From: Octopus sinensis
Lineage: Eukaryota
Direction: 5' to 3'
Length of the DNA: 64,000 bases
Assembly (NCBI RefSeq): GCF_006345805.1
Contig: NC_043004.1
Location: 69,254,001 to 69,318,000, forward strand
Position numbers and translations under genes: made by a program. The notes under the pieces were generated by a model. That model ran no database searches, had not been told where the DNA came from, and saw nothing but the letters and a program-made list of their open reading frames with translations. Of this stretch, positions 40,018 through 52,262 are shown in pieces (the stretch's first letter is position 1; every line of letters starts with the position of its first letter).

Positions 40018-40235
40018 AATTCCTTTTGCAGGAAGGATTGCTTCGGCCTGGCCGTGTTCTGCCCTTACCTTCGAAACACGCATTGAGACGAACCAGGGGC
40101 AGCTGATGAAGGGGAATTTTCCTTGTATTGTTTGTCCTGTACTCTGTTTTTTCGTTGTTAAAAAAGTCCGTTTCCTTATTTGATTTTATGTTTTCGTTTC
40201 TCGTTGTGTTCTACGTTTATTTGTGGTGTCCTGTA

Positions 40236-40277
<42 letters not shown>

Positions 40278-41031
40278 TGTATATATACATGTAGATGTAA
40301 GTATGTACATATATGTATGTATATATGCATAGATTTTATTTATTTATTATATTATTATATGACCGAACGCATGCGTTATTTCTCTTCTCCAAGTAAGTTT
40401 TTTATTTGAATAATCATGACGCGCACTCTTACTCTTTGACCTTTCCTCCCTGCCTGTCTGTCTTCCTCTCTACTTGTCTCTCTCCTTCTTATTTTTCACC
40501 ATTTCTGGTTTCTTTCCCTCCTCTCTCTCTCATCCTCCCCCTCCTCCTGACCAGAGGGCTACTAAAACTTTCTTTCAGCTTCGTGCTTCAACAAGTATAG
40601 ATCGACTTCCCTGTCTTTTGCAAGCCGATTTTTCACATGCGTTCTAACTAATTTTTCCACCGTCTAGGCAAAAAAGCCCTTATTGTTGGTTCCCTGTCCT
40701 GTTTCTTTATTTGTACTGTTTTTTCTACTGTTTTTTCTTCATTTGTATTGCTTTTACGTCCTGTTCTTGTCACTTGTTTTACCCCTCTGCAAAAGAACTT
40801 TACTTAATTCCTTTTGCAGGAAGGACTGCTTCGGACTGACCGTGTTCTGCCCTTACCTTCGAAACACGCATTGAGTCGAACCAGGGGCAGCTGATGAAGG
40901 GGAATTTTCCTTGTATTGTTTGTCCTGTACTCTGTTTTTTCGTTGTTTTAAAAAAAGTCCGTTTCCTTGTTTGTTTTTATGTTTTCGTTTCTCGTTCTGT
41001 TCTACGTTTATTTGTGGTGTCCTCTACTCAT
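40018..41031 (+). mobile_element. Penelope-like pseudo-LTR arrangement: two near-identical repeats of about 220 bp (40018-40240 and 40806-41031)
   Basis: Direct repeats with period 788 bp containing CGAAACACGCATT..CAGCTGATGAAGGGG and T-rich tails ending at (TA)n. Confidence 0.65.
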
Positions 41032-41084
41032 GTATATATATATATATGCATGTATATATACATGTAGATGTAAGTATGTAAATC

Positions 41085-41440
41085 TTTTATTTGTTTCAGT
41101 CATTTGACAGCGGCCATGCTGGAGCATCGGCTTTAGTCGAGTAAATCGACCCCAAGACTTATTATTTGTAAGCCTAGTACTTATTCCATCGGTTTCTTTT
41201 GCCGAACCACTAAGTTACGGGGACAAAAACACCCCAGCATCGGTCTTCAAGCGATGTTGGGAGGAAAACACACACACACACATACGACAGGCGTCTTTCA
41301 GTTTCCGCTTATCAAATCCACTCACAAAGCTTTAGTCGTCCGAGGCTATAGTAGAAGACACTTGCCCAAGGTGCCACGTAGTGTGATTGAACCCGGAACC
41401 CTGTGGCTGGTAAGCAAGCTACTTACCACACCGCCACATG
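41085..41440 (-). mobile_element. SINE family A
   Basis: Reverse complement, near full length. Confidence 0.9.
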
Positions 41441-41490
41441 TATATGTATGTATGAATGCAAATGTATGTATGTGAGTGTATATGTATGTG

Positions 41491-41559
<69 letters not shown>

Positions 41560-41561
<2 letters not shown>

Positions 41562-41880
41562 GGCGCATGACTCCGTGGTTAGAGGGTCGGGCTCAAAATC
41601 ATGCGGTGGCGAATTCGATTCCTAGACTGGGTTGTGTGTTGTGTTCTTGGGTAAAACACGTTACTCCAATTCACTCAGCTGTAGAAATGAGCTGTGGTGT
41701 CACTGATGCCAAGCTGTATCGGCCTTTGCCTTTCCCTTGGATGACATCGGTCGCGTGGAGAGAGGAGGCTGGTATGCATGGACGACTGCTGGTCTTCCAT
41801 AAACAACCTTGCCCGGACTTGTGTATCGGAAAGGAACTTCCTAGATGCAATCCCATTGTTATGAGCGAAGTGGTCTCTAC
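41560..41880 (+). mobile_element. SINE family C
   Basis: Matches 34194-34522. Confidence 0.9.
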
Positions 41881-42459
41881 CCTTTATATATGTATAGCAC
41901 ACGCACACACACGCATCCCTCATGTCAGATAATAATTGCCATCTCACGTTAGTGGGACATCTGTACATCATTAGATTTAAGTGACAAAAGCTTGTTCAAA
42001 TAATTTTGTCTTGCTCTCGGTCGTCATAGTAGGTTCCAATGCCAAGTATTGCAAGATGATATATATATATATATATATCAATGTAAGAAGCACTGTTGGT
42101 TCAGTTGGGATCTTCCGATGTCTCTTTGCAACAATCCACCATGCTGCAGTCCTATGACCTCGCCGTGTCCCTGGCAGTGTGGCTGAACGGGTGCTGTGCC
42201 TTGCCAAAGGGCAACACATTTCTATGCAGGGCACGATTGTCATTCCGTGAGGTAATTTCAAAATACCCACATACCCATGTATGTACAATGGGTACGACAA
42301 TAAAATACATATGGTGGTGGTAGTGGTGGTGGTGATGAGGAGACTCTAGTTCAGGGGTTTGGGAGATCCTGGAGTCAAGCTTTAAGAACTCCCAGGCCCG
42401 TTCTTAGCCGAAACAAAGGGCTAAACATAGAGGGGACAAACAAGGACAAACAAACGGAT

Positions 42460-42628
42460 TAAATTGATTACATCGACCCCAGTGCGTAACTGGTAGTTAT
42501 TTAATCGACCCCGAAAGGATGAAAGGCAAAGTCGACCCGGCGGAATTTCAACTCAGAACGTAACGGCAGACGAAATACGGCTACGCATTTCGCCCGGCGC
42601 GCTAACGTCTCTGCCAGCTCGCCGCCTT
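42460..42628 (-). mobile_element. SINE family B
   Basis: Reverse complement starts AGGCGGCGAGCTGGCAGAG. Confidence 0.9.
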
Positions 42629-43089
42629 TTCTCCCAATACAAATAATAATAATAGAATTGGGTAGCGACAGAGAGTCACAGGACGATGATGATCATACAA
42701 ACAGACAGGTAGACGGCAGACAGACAGATTTTAGAAAAGATTATTTAAAAACAGATGACCTCAACTTTTGGAAAGAAGTTTCAGTGTTGTGTTTAAGCGC
42801 TTTTGTTCAACTTTTCAACGAAAGCGCTTTCACACCACAATACGAAAACTGCTTTCCGAAGGTTTGTGGCAATCTGTTTTTGAAAAAAAAAAAAAAATTT
42901 TAATAGTTAAAAACTTGTACGGAAACTTTCTCTTTGAATAATGTGACCTATATCAAGTGTTCTTTGCAAAAACTTTTAGACATGCACGCACTCACACGCA
43001 CACACATACACACGGGAGTATTTAACAGTGAGCATGTCTATGGATTAGCAAAGCCAAAAAATGTTTCCTGCTCAAAGAATTTCCACAAG

Positions 43090-43450
43090 AAAGTTGCTTC
43101 CCTAGCACGTGGTTCCGGGTTCAATCCCATTTCGTGGTTCTTGGGCAAGTGTCTTCTACTATATAGCCTCGAGTTGACCGAAGCCTTGTGGGTGGATTTT
43201 AGTAGACGGAAACTGGAAGAAGCCCGTCTTGCATATACATATATATATATACATATATGTGTGTGTGTGTGTGTTATTTTACCCCTCCGCCGCTTGACAA
43301 CCAGTGATGGTGAGTTTATACCCCCGTAACTTAGCGGTTGGGGTGAAACTGACCAACAGAATTAGTAATAGGCTATAAAAGAAAAGTACTGGAGTCAAGA
43401 AGATGCTCCAGTATGGCATCGGTCTAAGGACTGAAACACGTAAAACAAAA
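43090..43450 (+). mobile_element. SINE family A, degenerate
   Basis: Head, core and tail. Confidence 0.85.
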
Positions 43451-43975
43451 AAGAAGATAAAACGATATATGCTGATTGTTCCATCTTTACAGATGATTGC
43501 CGACCCTTGTGCCTCCTCGTTGTCAACGACATTTCTAACTTTCCATCCATGACCTCTCAGATAAACTATTCAGTTCCATTCCACATCTGCATAGTTTGGA
43601 GCATAGGTGAGAGACGAAAGTTGTAACTTACTGTGCGCCTCCAACTGGCCAGGCCGGCACACGATGCCCTCTTCTATCGCCAAAAGACTTTCAGCAAAAG
43701 GGATGACAATTGACGTCGCCATAAAAAGACATCTGTATGTCATTGGATTATAGTGATAAAAGCTTGTAGAAAACAAATGCTACTCTTCTGAGCCTCCGAG
43801 GCTAGTACCTAGTGATAGGTCGGAGTGAGATGACCAGTTATCAACTGAGACCACAGGTTTTTACATCAGTGTCCCGCTTCCCGTAGTTTTACTGCGCGCC
43901 CTGACATCAATCAACGGTTTTTTGCGTCCCCGCTCTCAGATGGAATGTCATCACATATGCTAGTTAGCCTATAGC

Positions 43976-44541
43976 CAGCTCCGTCGCGTGACTTTTAGAG
44001 GCCCCTTCCCTTCAATCAAAATTCATAATCTACGCACCTTTTATTCATAGCTATATTTTACTTCATTCTATCTGAAGTTCAATATTTCACGTTATCCTAA
44101 AGAACATCTTTAACAGTACAACAAGTTAAATTTATTAGTGTCTATTACAAATTTCAATAAGTAAAACTTCCAGATCTGAATAAAAGAACTCTTTTATAAT
44201 CCAGGTAAATTTCAAAGACAAACACGCTGCACTTTCGCTTCGCGAAATCATCGATCAGTTCAGAACAATCAAGCTGAGAGCTAAGTTCGTGTTCAACAGA
44301 TATAGACAATCCACAAAGTCGTGGTACAATGTAATATTTTTGCAAGAATTTTTGCAGGTACAATGAATTACCATTTTCTTTCTTGAAAATTTCAGTTAAC
44401 ATAGATAGTTTAATTCGTGTTCAACACCTTAACCAAAGTAAGTAGATGACTCATCTACGTACTTTGATCTTAACATGGGGCCCCTTAACCGCAGAGGCCC
44501 CCTGCGACCGCAAGGGTTGTAGGGGCTGAGCGACGGCACTA
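43976..44541 (-). mobile_element. hAT internal-deletion derivative retaining a transposase C-terminal dimerisation fragment
   Basis: Perfect 8-bp TSD CCTATAGC (43968-43975 and 44542-44549); imperfect TIRs CAGCTCCGTCGC / TAGTGCCGTCGC; reads RLCGLSISVEHELSSQLDCSELIDDFAKRK. Confidence 0.9.
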
Positions 44542-44829
44542 CCTATAGCTGGGATCCTGACTGGTTCTACTGATCGGTGTCAGAGTAGAACTGGGAGCAA
44601 CGGTGGCCAAGAAGTGGTTGGTGTCATACTCCTCAAAAATATAGAACATCCCAGGTGCGGTCCCGGGAGTTTTTCGAAAGGGAGGCACACAGTCACAAGG
44701 CAATACAATTCCAAGAGGAAAAGGCGTAATAACACTATTTAGAAGGGCGCACTTTTTTCTTAAGGGGGGGGGGGCAGGTGCCCCTCAGGCCCTACTCCTT
44801 GGGTCTGCTCCTGCACCCGTACCAGAGCC

Positions 44830-44986
44830 CAGCCACTGGATGTAGTTTAAAGCCAAACCCAGGACAGACACACACAGATATAAGAGAGAGACAGAAAAAG
44901 AGGCAGAGACAGCCAGGAAGACAATAACAGGGAAAATGGGAAAGAGAGAGAGAGAGGAAGAAAGAAAGAAACAGAGAAAGATAGAA

Positions 44987-45036
<50 letters not shown>

Positions 45037-45174
45037 GATGGGCAAGCGATAGATTGAGAGTTAGGGAAAGAGAAAATATAAATGTAACTGAAGATAAAGA
45101 ACGAGAAACAAGGACGGGAGAGAGAGAAAGAGAGAGAGACAGAGACAGAGACAAAGATAGAGAAAGAGAGAGTA

Positions 45175-45209
<35 letters not shown>

Positions 45210-46400
45210 GAAAGAAAGGAAGGAAATAAGCTAGGAGAAAAAGAAAGTACAAAAGAAACCGGAAAGTGAAAGAGAGAGAATATGAGGGAAAGGGAGAGGG
45301 AAGATACACAAGCAAGAAGTGAGGAAAAGACAGACCAGAGAGAGAGAGAGAGAGACCAGAGAGAGAGAGAGAGAGAGAGAAAGATAGAAAAAGACAGAAA
45401 AAAGAATAAAAGAAAGAAAGAATATAAGAAGGAAAGAAAGAAGGACCAGAAAAAACATATTATGAGATAAAGAAAAGGCGGGAAAGAGGAAAGAGCAAGA
45501 TTGGATGAAAATAGAAAAAGCGAGAGGAGAGGAAGAGAAAGAAGAGAAAAAGAAAAAGAAAGAGGAGAGGGAGAGTGGAGAAAGAGAAGAAGAAAGAGAG
45601 AGCGACGAAGAAGAGCGAGAGGAAAAGAAAGGGAAAGAGACAGAGAGGAAGGAGAAAGTGAGGAAGAGAGAAGGGATGAAAAGGGTAAAGAGACAGGAAG
45701 AGAGTAGAAAGAGAGGGGGAGGAGATGAAATGGAAAGTGAGAGGGAGGAAGAAGGAAGTGAAAGAGAAGAAACAGGAGAGAGAGTGAGAGAGATGGGGAG
45801 ATAAGATAAAAGAGACAGAGAGGAAGAGAGTGAGAGAGAAAGAGGAAAAAAGAGACAAGCAACAGCGAGAGAGAAGAAAAGAAGAGAGAGAGAGAGATGG
45901 AGAAGAAAGTGAGGGAGAGCGAGAGGAGAGAAAGAGAGATAGAGGGAAAAGAGGAAAGTGATAAAGAAGAACGTGAGAGAGGAAAAGAAGAGGTAAGCAA
46001 CAGAGGCGAAGACAGAGTGAGAAAGGGAGGAAAAAGAAAGAGAGAGAAAGAAAAGGAGAGGAAAGAGACAAAGAGGGTGAATCAAGTGAGAGAGAGAGAG
46101 AGAGAGAGCGAGGAAAGAGCGGAAAAGAAAGAAGAGAGAAAAAGAGAAAGAGAAAGAGAGAGCGAGCACTGACTCTCTTCGACTTGAACAGACGTAGTGA
46201 AGTGTAAACAAGTATGAACTACCGCCACCACCACCACCACCATCATCATCACTACTACAATTATCACAACTACTAACAGAAATAGTAGTATTATCTATTA
46301 TACTATTACTACAACTACTACTACTAATATTGTTACTCTAATGCAGTGCGTGTGTCAATGCAGCCATTTTGTTTGGTTCTCGACTGTATAGTACTGTTGT
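44830..46400 (+). promoter_or_regulatory. GA-rich polypurine tract and possible promoter/TSS region upstream of GRK
   Basis: About 1.35 kb of A/G-rich sequence (44830-46180), followed by unique sequence with a YY1-like GCCATTTTG near 46363, about 0.85 kb upstream of the GRK ATG. The promoter role is inferred. Confidence 0.35.
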
Positions 46401-46650
46401 TGTTAGTACGATAGTGTCTATCTATCTACAAACCTCTCTCTCTCTCTCTCTCTCTCATAGTATATCTGTATGTTCTATATAGACACATCTAGCACGCTTT
46501 CTATATATAAATCTATCCCTTTCTATCTCCAGCTCGCACTCTTTCTTTCTCTCCCTCCCTCTCCTTCTTCCTCTCCCCTTCTTTCACTTCTTTCTCCTCC
46601 TTCTCTTTCTCTGACCCCGCCTCTCTTTCTGTCTCTCTCTCTTTTCACAT

Positions 46651-46684
<34 letters not shown>

Positions 46685-47208
46685 CCATATACACACACAC
46701 ATACGTGTCTCCCGCCATCTCTCTATCTTTCACTCATACTCTCCCTCATCCAAAGAGCGACAAAACTGATTGAGTGAGTGGGAGGGTAAGAGAGAAAGAG
46801 AAAGAGAGAGAGAGAGAGAGAGCGAATGTCAGCTTCTCTCTTCTCATCTCATCTTAGGTGAAATAGTAGCAATAATAGTATTTCTACTAAGACAGTAATA
46901 AGTAATAATAATCATAACAACAACAGCAGCAACAGTAAAAATAATAATAATAATAGTACTACTACTATTACAACTAATAGTAGTAGCAACAGCAACAGTA
47001 GTAGTAGTAGTAGTAATAGTAGTTGTTGCAGCCGCAGCAATCGCCACCGCCTTACCACCACCACCTCGACAACTACCACCACCACTACTACCACTACTGC
47101 TAACTAAGTAAAGCTCGAAACCCTCTAGCAGTACGCACAGCCAGTAAGTTGTAGTCTGGCGAAATCCGGGGGGCCTTTAGGACCTCCACTGGTCTATTGC
47201 GATACTAA

Positions 47209-47260
47209 ATGGAACTGGAAAATATTGTTGCGAATACGGTCTATATAAAGGCACGAGAAG
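47209..47260 (+). CDS. Gprk2: First coding exon of a G protein-coupled receptor kinase, GRK4/5/6 subfamily (Gprk2-like)
   Basis: Translates to MELENIVANTVYIKARE+G, the conserved N-terminal helix of GRK4/5/6. The 52-nt coding part ends in phase 1 at the strong donor AG|GTGAGT, as I recall for vertebrate GRK5/6 exon 1. An in-frame TAA (47206-47208) directly precedes the ATG. Confidence 0.93.
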
Positions 47261-48517
47261 GTGAGTACAAGATTCTTCTCTTATCATTTTATACATCGAC
47301 CAACACTCATATATATATTTTACATACATATTTGTATATATATATATATGTATGTGTATACACAGAGAAAGCGAAATAAGACTGGTTTCTGGCTCAGTTC
47401 TTCTTACATCAATGACTCTTTAAATTTATTTCCTGTCGTTAATGTTTTATATCGTTTGTTGGTTCAGATATTTTTTTGTCGTAGTTTGTAGTCTGTCGAA
47501 GTCTTATCACTTTAATATTGTTATCGTTATTATCTATATCTTAGGTGTGAATGTCCATTCATGGCCACCACCCCATTCTGCTATATTCTATGTACTGGCT
47601 ACATATTTTCTTCCACCCTTATCTCGTTTTTAATACAAACTCTCTCTCATGTCCACACACACACACACACAATATACGTTGGTCTATTCTTACCTACTTA
47701 GCTATTTATACATATGTACACACCTCTGTTCTTCCATTCATACACCGATCTCGGTACCACATCTTTCCATTCTACCAAATTATATACCCGAACATTCTAC
47801 AATTTGGTATCTATCTATCTCTCCTCTATGTATTCGTCCGTCAGTCCGTCTTCTTGTCTCTCTATCAGTAACCTACCTATCAGTTTCTTTTCAGTCTATC
47901 ATTTCAGCTTGGCTATAATGAAATAAATCTATCACATTTATTCCCCACCTGCATTACATACCATCAATATACATTCACATACTGTAAAGAAATCCATTTA
48001 AATGTTCACCATGTGTTTTCTGAATATATACATATATGTGTGTATATATAATATACATACACACACGCACTTATACATGGATGTTGCCAGCTGTAGGCGT
48101 TGGGCCATTATCTCATTTAGCCTCTCTACCTCTCTTCCTGTCTTTTAAAACCCTGGAATAATATATTAACTATTTTCCTGTCACACTACACACTTTATAA
48201 AACATACCGTATCCATATATACCACTCACGCTATAAAACACACACGCATCTGTTGAGGCATGTTGTCTCCTGTAAGAAGTTTAATTTTTTAATTTAAAAT
48301 TTAAATGAAGACTTTTGACTGTTTCTCGTTCATTACAATATTTCTTTCCCGTTTTGTAATTCGAATGAAATTATATAGTATGTATGATAGACACATACGT
48401 ATGTCTCTAAGTATATATATATATATATATACACGCTGTCCATAAGACTTGTAAACGTGAAAAGAGCTTCCTGGTCGTGTGTTTTTTCTGCTGCCCCCAT
48501 CTTCTCTCTCTCACTCT

Positions 48518-48565
<48 letters not shown>

Positions 48566-49056
48566 TGCAACTGTGTATTATACATTTAAAATAAATGTAT
48601 GTATATAATCAACTTCCGTTTCTTTAGTGATTACAAGTGCTACCCTTCTATACTCGTTTCCCCCTCACGTGTATGTAATCATGTGTATATATATATAGAT
48701 AGATGTGTGCGCACACACACACACACGCACACGCACACATATATATATATTTGTATGTGTGTAGTTATATAGTTTATTTTTTTTTTCAACCTCTCTTTAG
48801 TACTTCACATTCATTCTGTGTGTGTGTGTGTGTGTGTAGAAACATATCCGTTTAAATTGCACACACACACAAATGTATGTGTATATATGTATATATATAC
48901 ACATATATATATAATGGGTGTGTATGTGTGTGTCTCCATTGTCCTATGGTTGTGTGTGTGCATGTGTTATGTTGGTATGTAAAAGAATGTCACCCGTTTA
49001 CTGTTCTGATACCCATGTTACAGTCGCATTCAGGAATATCGTGTGCGTGTGTGTAC

Positions 49057-49104
<48 letters not shown>

Positions 49105-49170
49105 CTATTTCTTTCGTGTGTTATTGCATGTATACACACGTGTCTGTGTGTTTTAATGTATATATATATA

Positions 49171-49208
<38 letters not shown>

Positions 49209-49809
49209 GTGTGTATGCATCTGTTTATATATGTGTGTGTGTGTATGTAGGGTGAATGAGCTTTTTTTTCCCCGAAATGTATATATTCATCAGTTCTGCT
49301 GTCTATCCTTCTCAGTTCGAACATCAGACTACTTGTTTGAGTGCCATAAATAACAGAATCGGCGGAGAAATCATATTCAGTGACATTCCTTTTATATTTA
49401 CGTTTCTTTGCGATCAGAGTTCGATTCTCGCCGTGGCCGACTGTACCCTTTTTGACTTTTTTTCTCCCTGGCGTTTCCCCATCTTGAATAGTTTATCGAG
49501 GCGATTCTTCGGTATTGGTATCCAGGATATCGGTATGAGGAAACGACGTCATTCACTCTCTTTTTTCGCCCTAGCCTCTTTATCTATGTCATGAGGGAAG
49601 GTTGTGCGTGAACGATGCCGTCTACCAATACCGAAGGATTGCCAATTTGACATCGGTGAGATTTGAACTCAGAGCGTAACTAAATATTACAAGCATTTGT
49701 CCGACTATCTAACGATCTCTAGTAGTCCTCCACCCTCTATAAACCAAAGTACCCGTTGTTGATTAATCTGAGGTTAGCTCTGATCAAATTGACACACCTA
49801 TATACATAA

Positions 49810-50160
49810 CTTGTTTCAGACATTGGATTGCGGTCAGGCACGCCTTGAAGTGTTCAGTCGAACAAATCGACCTGAGTACTTGTTTGTTTTTAAAGCATAA
49901 TACTTATTCTTTCGGTCTCTTTTTGCCGAATCCCTAATGTTAACGGGGACGTAAACAAACCATCACCAGTTGTCAAGCGGTGGTAGGAGACACACAGAGT
50001 TATATACGATAGGCTTCTTTCAGTTTCCGCCTACCAAATCCGCTCACAAGGCTTAGGTTAGGATGGGCTATAGTAGAAGACACTTGTCCAAGGTGCTACA
50101 CCGTGGGACGGGAGTGAACCCGAAACCATGTGGTTGGAAAGCAAGCTTCTTACCACACAC
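49810..50160 (-). mobile_element. SINE family A; a family B fragment lies at 49620-49740(-)
   Basis: Reverse-complement matches. Confidence 0.85.
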
Positions 50161-50378
50161 ACACACACACAGTACTTTATCCATTGTCTTTTTAATTTAT
50201 GATAACAGTACGATCTGAAGGACATGTGGCTACCGTTTTCAGCAAACCAACAGGCCGGGTAGATGTAACCTTTTTTTTTTTTTAACTCAACTCGGAAAAG
50301 ACTTCCTCTTGTACCCACCCCTATATTTTTTTTTGTTAATATTACACACGGTGGAAAATTGATTTTCTACCATGTTTT

Positions 50379-50410
<32 letters not shown>

Positions 50411-51369
50411 AAAGTCATGAAAATTGAGAATCTCTGTTGTATATTCATACCACCCCGCCCGGTGTACGTGTCCGTGTTGAATCTTTGATCTGTTACTACG
50501 TTATTCATATGGAGGTAACCTCTATACGTGACTTCCTTGTTCAGCCCTCAAATCACACGGCTTCCCTGCCTTGTATAAAAGAACATTTTGACTAATGTGC
50601 TTCCGAGGGCTACTCGATCAGGGCTGGCCAGGGGCTAAACAACTTGTTGATGTTGAATAAATCTTGTCTCTGACACGGTAAGTCTATATATATATATGCG
50701 GTCGCTCTCCATGCTAGAAAGAGCAGACAAATCTTCAAACGACACTGCTGTCTTATAACAAACAGATGGACTATATTGAAATATGTAGCCCTCGATATAC
50801 AACGTCCAGTAGAAAAACACAATGGTTACGGTTGGAATGTTTTCCAACTGTTCATAGATTCACTAAATCAGGGTCAACTTGAAGCTAAACAACCTTATGT
50901 GATTATGGTGGCGGTGTTTGCGCTGATTGGCGCTGTCATTTGTCGTCGTCGTCATCATATCCGCTGTCAACCACAACTCTTGTGTGTCAAGCAAGACTCC
51001 TTCGGCTTTGTCATGCTTTTGTGTGAGTCTTGTTAGTCATTGCTTGCTTACACTGAAATTCATCTTTTCCAACGTCTCTCTCTACTAAACTTCACTGGCT
51101 AATTGTATGTGAATGAGTGTGCGTGTATTTATGTACGTACGTGTGTGAAAGTGAGCATATATATATATATATATAGTGTGTGTGTGTGTATATAGTAAAC
51201 ACCTGCGCATATGGAGTGGATGTCGCTTATAGTGATCATCTTATTTCGGGTAATAACTGGTTGATGATAACATTTAGCTGAGAATATAGCACCTTGAACC
51301 TTTAATTGTAATTAGCGGGAAATTTTATATTCTTCTTGCAGTGACTCACTAATTTTAATCAGTATAACT

Positions 51370-51770
51370 GTTTACTCTTTTACGTGTTTCAGTCATTTGA
51401 CTGCGGCCATGCTGGAGCACCGCCTTCAGTCGAACTAATCGACTCTAGGTCTTATTCTTTGTAAGCCTAGTACTTATTTTATCGGTTCTCTTTTACCGAA
51501 CTGCTAAGTTACGGGGACGTAAACACACCACCATCGGTTGTCAAGGGAATGTGGAGGGACAAACTCAGATGCACATACTTATCTATCTATCTACATACAT
51601 AGACGACGGGCTTCTTTCGGTTTCCGTCTTCCAACTTCACTCACAAGGCTTTTGGTCGGCCCTAGGCTATAGAAGAAGACACTTGCTCAAGGTGCCACGC
51701 AGTGGGACTGAATCCGGAACCATTTGGTTGGAAAGCAAGCTTCTTACCACACCGCTACTCCATTAACCGT
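51370..51770 (-). mobile_element. SINE family A, full length
   Basis: Reverse-complement match. Confidence 0.92.
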
Positions 51771-52119
51771 ATAGATAATAATAATAAACTGCTGTGTTTG
51801 TTTGTGTGTGTGTGTGTAGTACACACGCTCACTCTGCCATTCAGGTCGCTCATCACACGTCAATTAGGTCACCATAGCTAGCGCGCTTTTCTTTTGATCT
51901 CTTGTTTGTTGCGATTTACAATTTGATAACCATATCCAGAGCTTAGGTTCATTCTAATGAGCGAATTATTTAAAATTTTCATCAGGTATTTGTGATTTAC
52001 TAATTCAAATAACAATAACTGGTTGATAATAAATATCGTCTGTGAATATATAAATCGTATGTATAAGGTGTCAAAAAAAGAATCAAATTGCTTAGTGACA
52101 ATTATTTCTAGTTTTTTCA

Positions 52120-52262
52120 AATCTCGCCGGTATCAACTTTGCCTTTCATCCTTTCAGGGGTCGATAAAATAAAGTAGCAGTCAAGTCCTGGAGTCGATGC
52201 AATCGACTAACCCCCACCTCTTCACAAAATCACTGACTTTGTGTCTAGTTCAGAAACCATAT
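52120..52262 (+). mobile_element. SINE family B, 3' part
   Basis: TCAACTTTGCCTTTCATCCTTTCAGGGGTCGATAAAAT. Confidence 0.85.

Noticed and set aside
40040-40125. Intact circularly permuted (type II) hammerhead in the 40-kb repeats
   Set aside because: GAAAC and CTGATGA are both present, but stems I and III cannot be formed and stem II needs two wobble pairs.
42105-42251. 147-bp phase 0-0 plus-strand exon candidate
   Set aside because: The acceptor has a poor pyrimidine tract and the peptide is unrecognisable; this could easily arise by chance.
44652-44813. hAT MITE with CAGG termini
   Set aside because: The TIR match is partial and the 8-bp flanks (GAACATCC vs CACCCGTA) do not match; at best an old relic.
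44785-46267. Long ORFs of 200-400 aa on both strands
   Set aside because: They are translations of a GA/CT low-complexity tract (Ser/Leu/Phe or Arg/Glu/Lys) with no domain and no splice context.
50776-51036. Plus-strand ORF as GRK exon 2
   Set aside because: It overlaps a family E repeat and has no GRK similarity.
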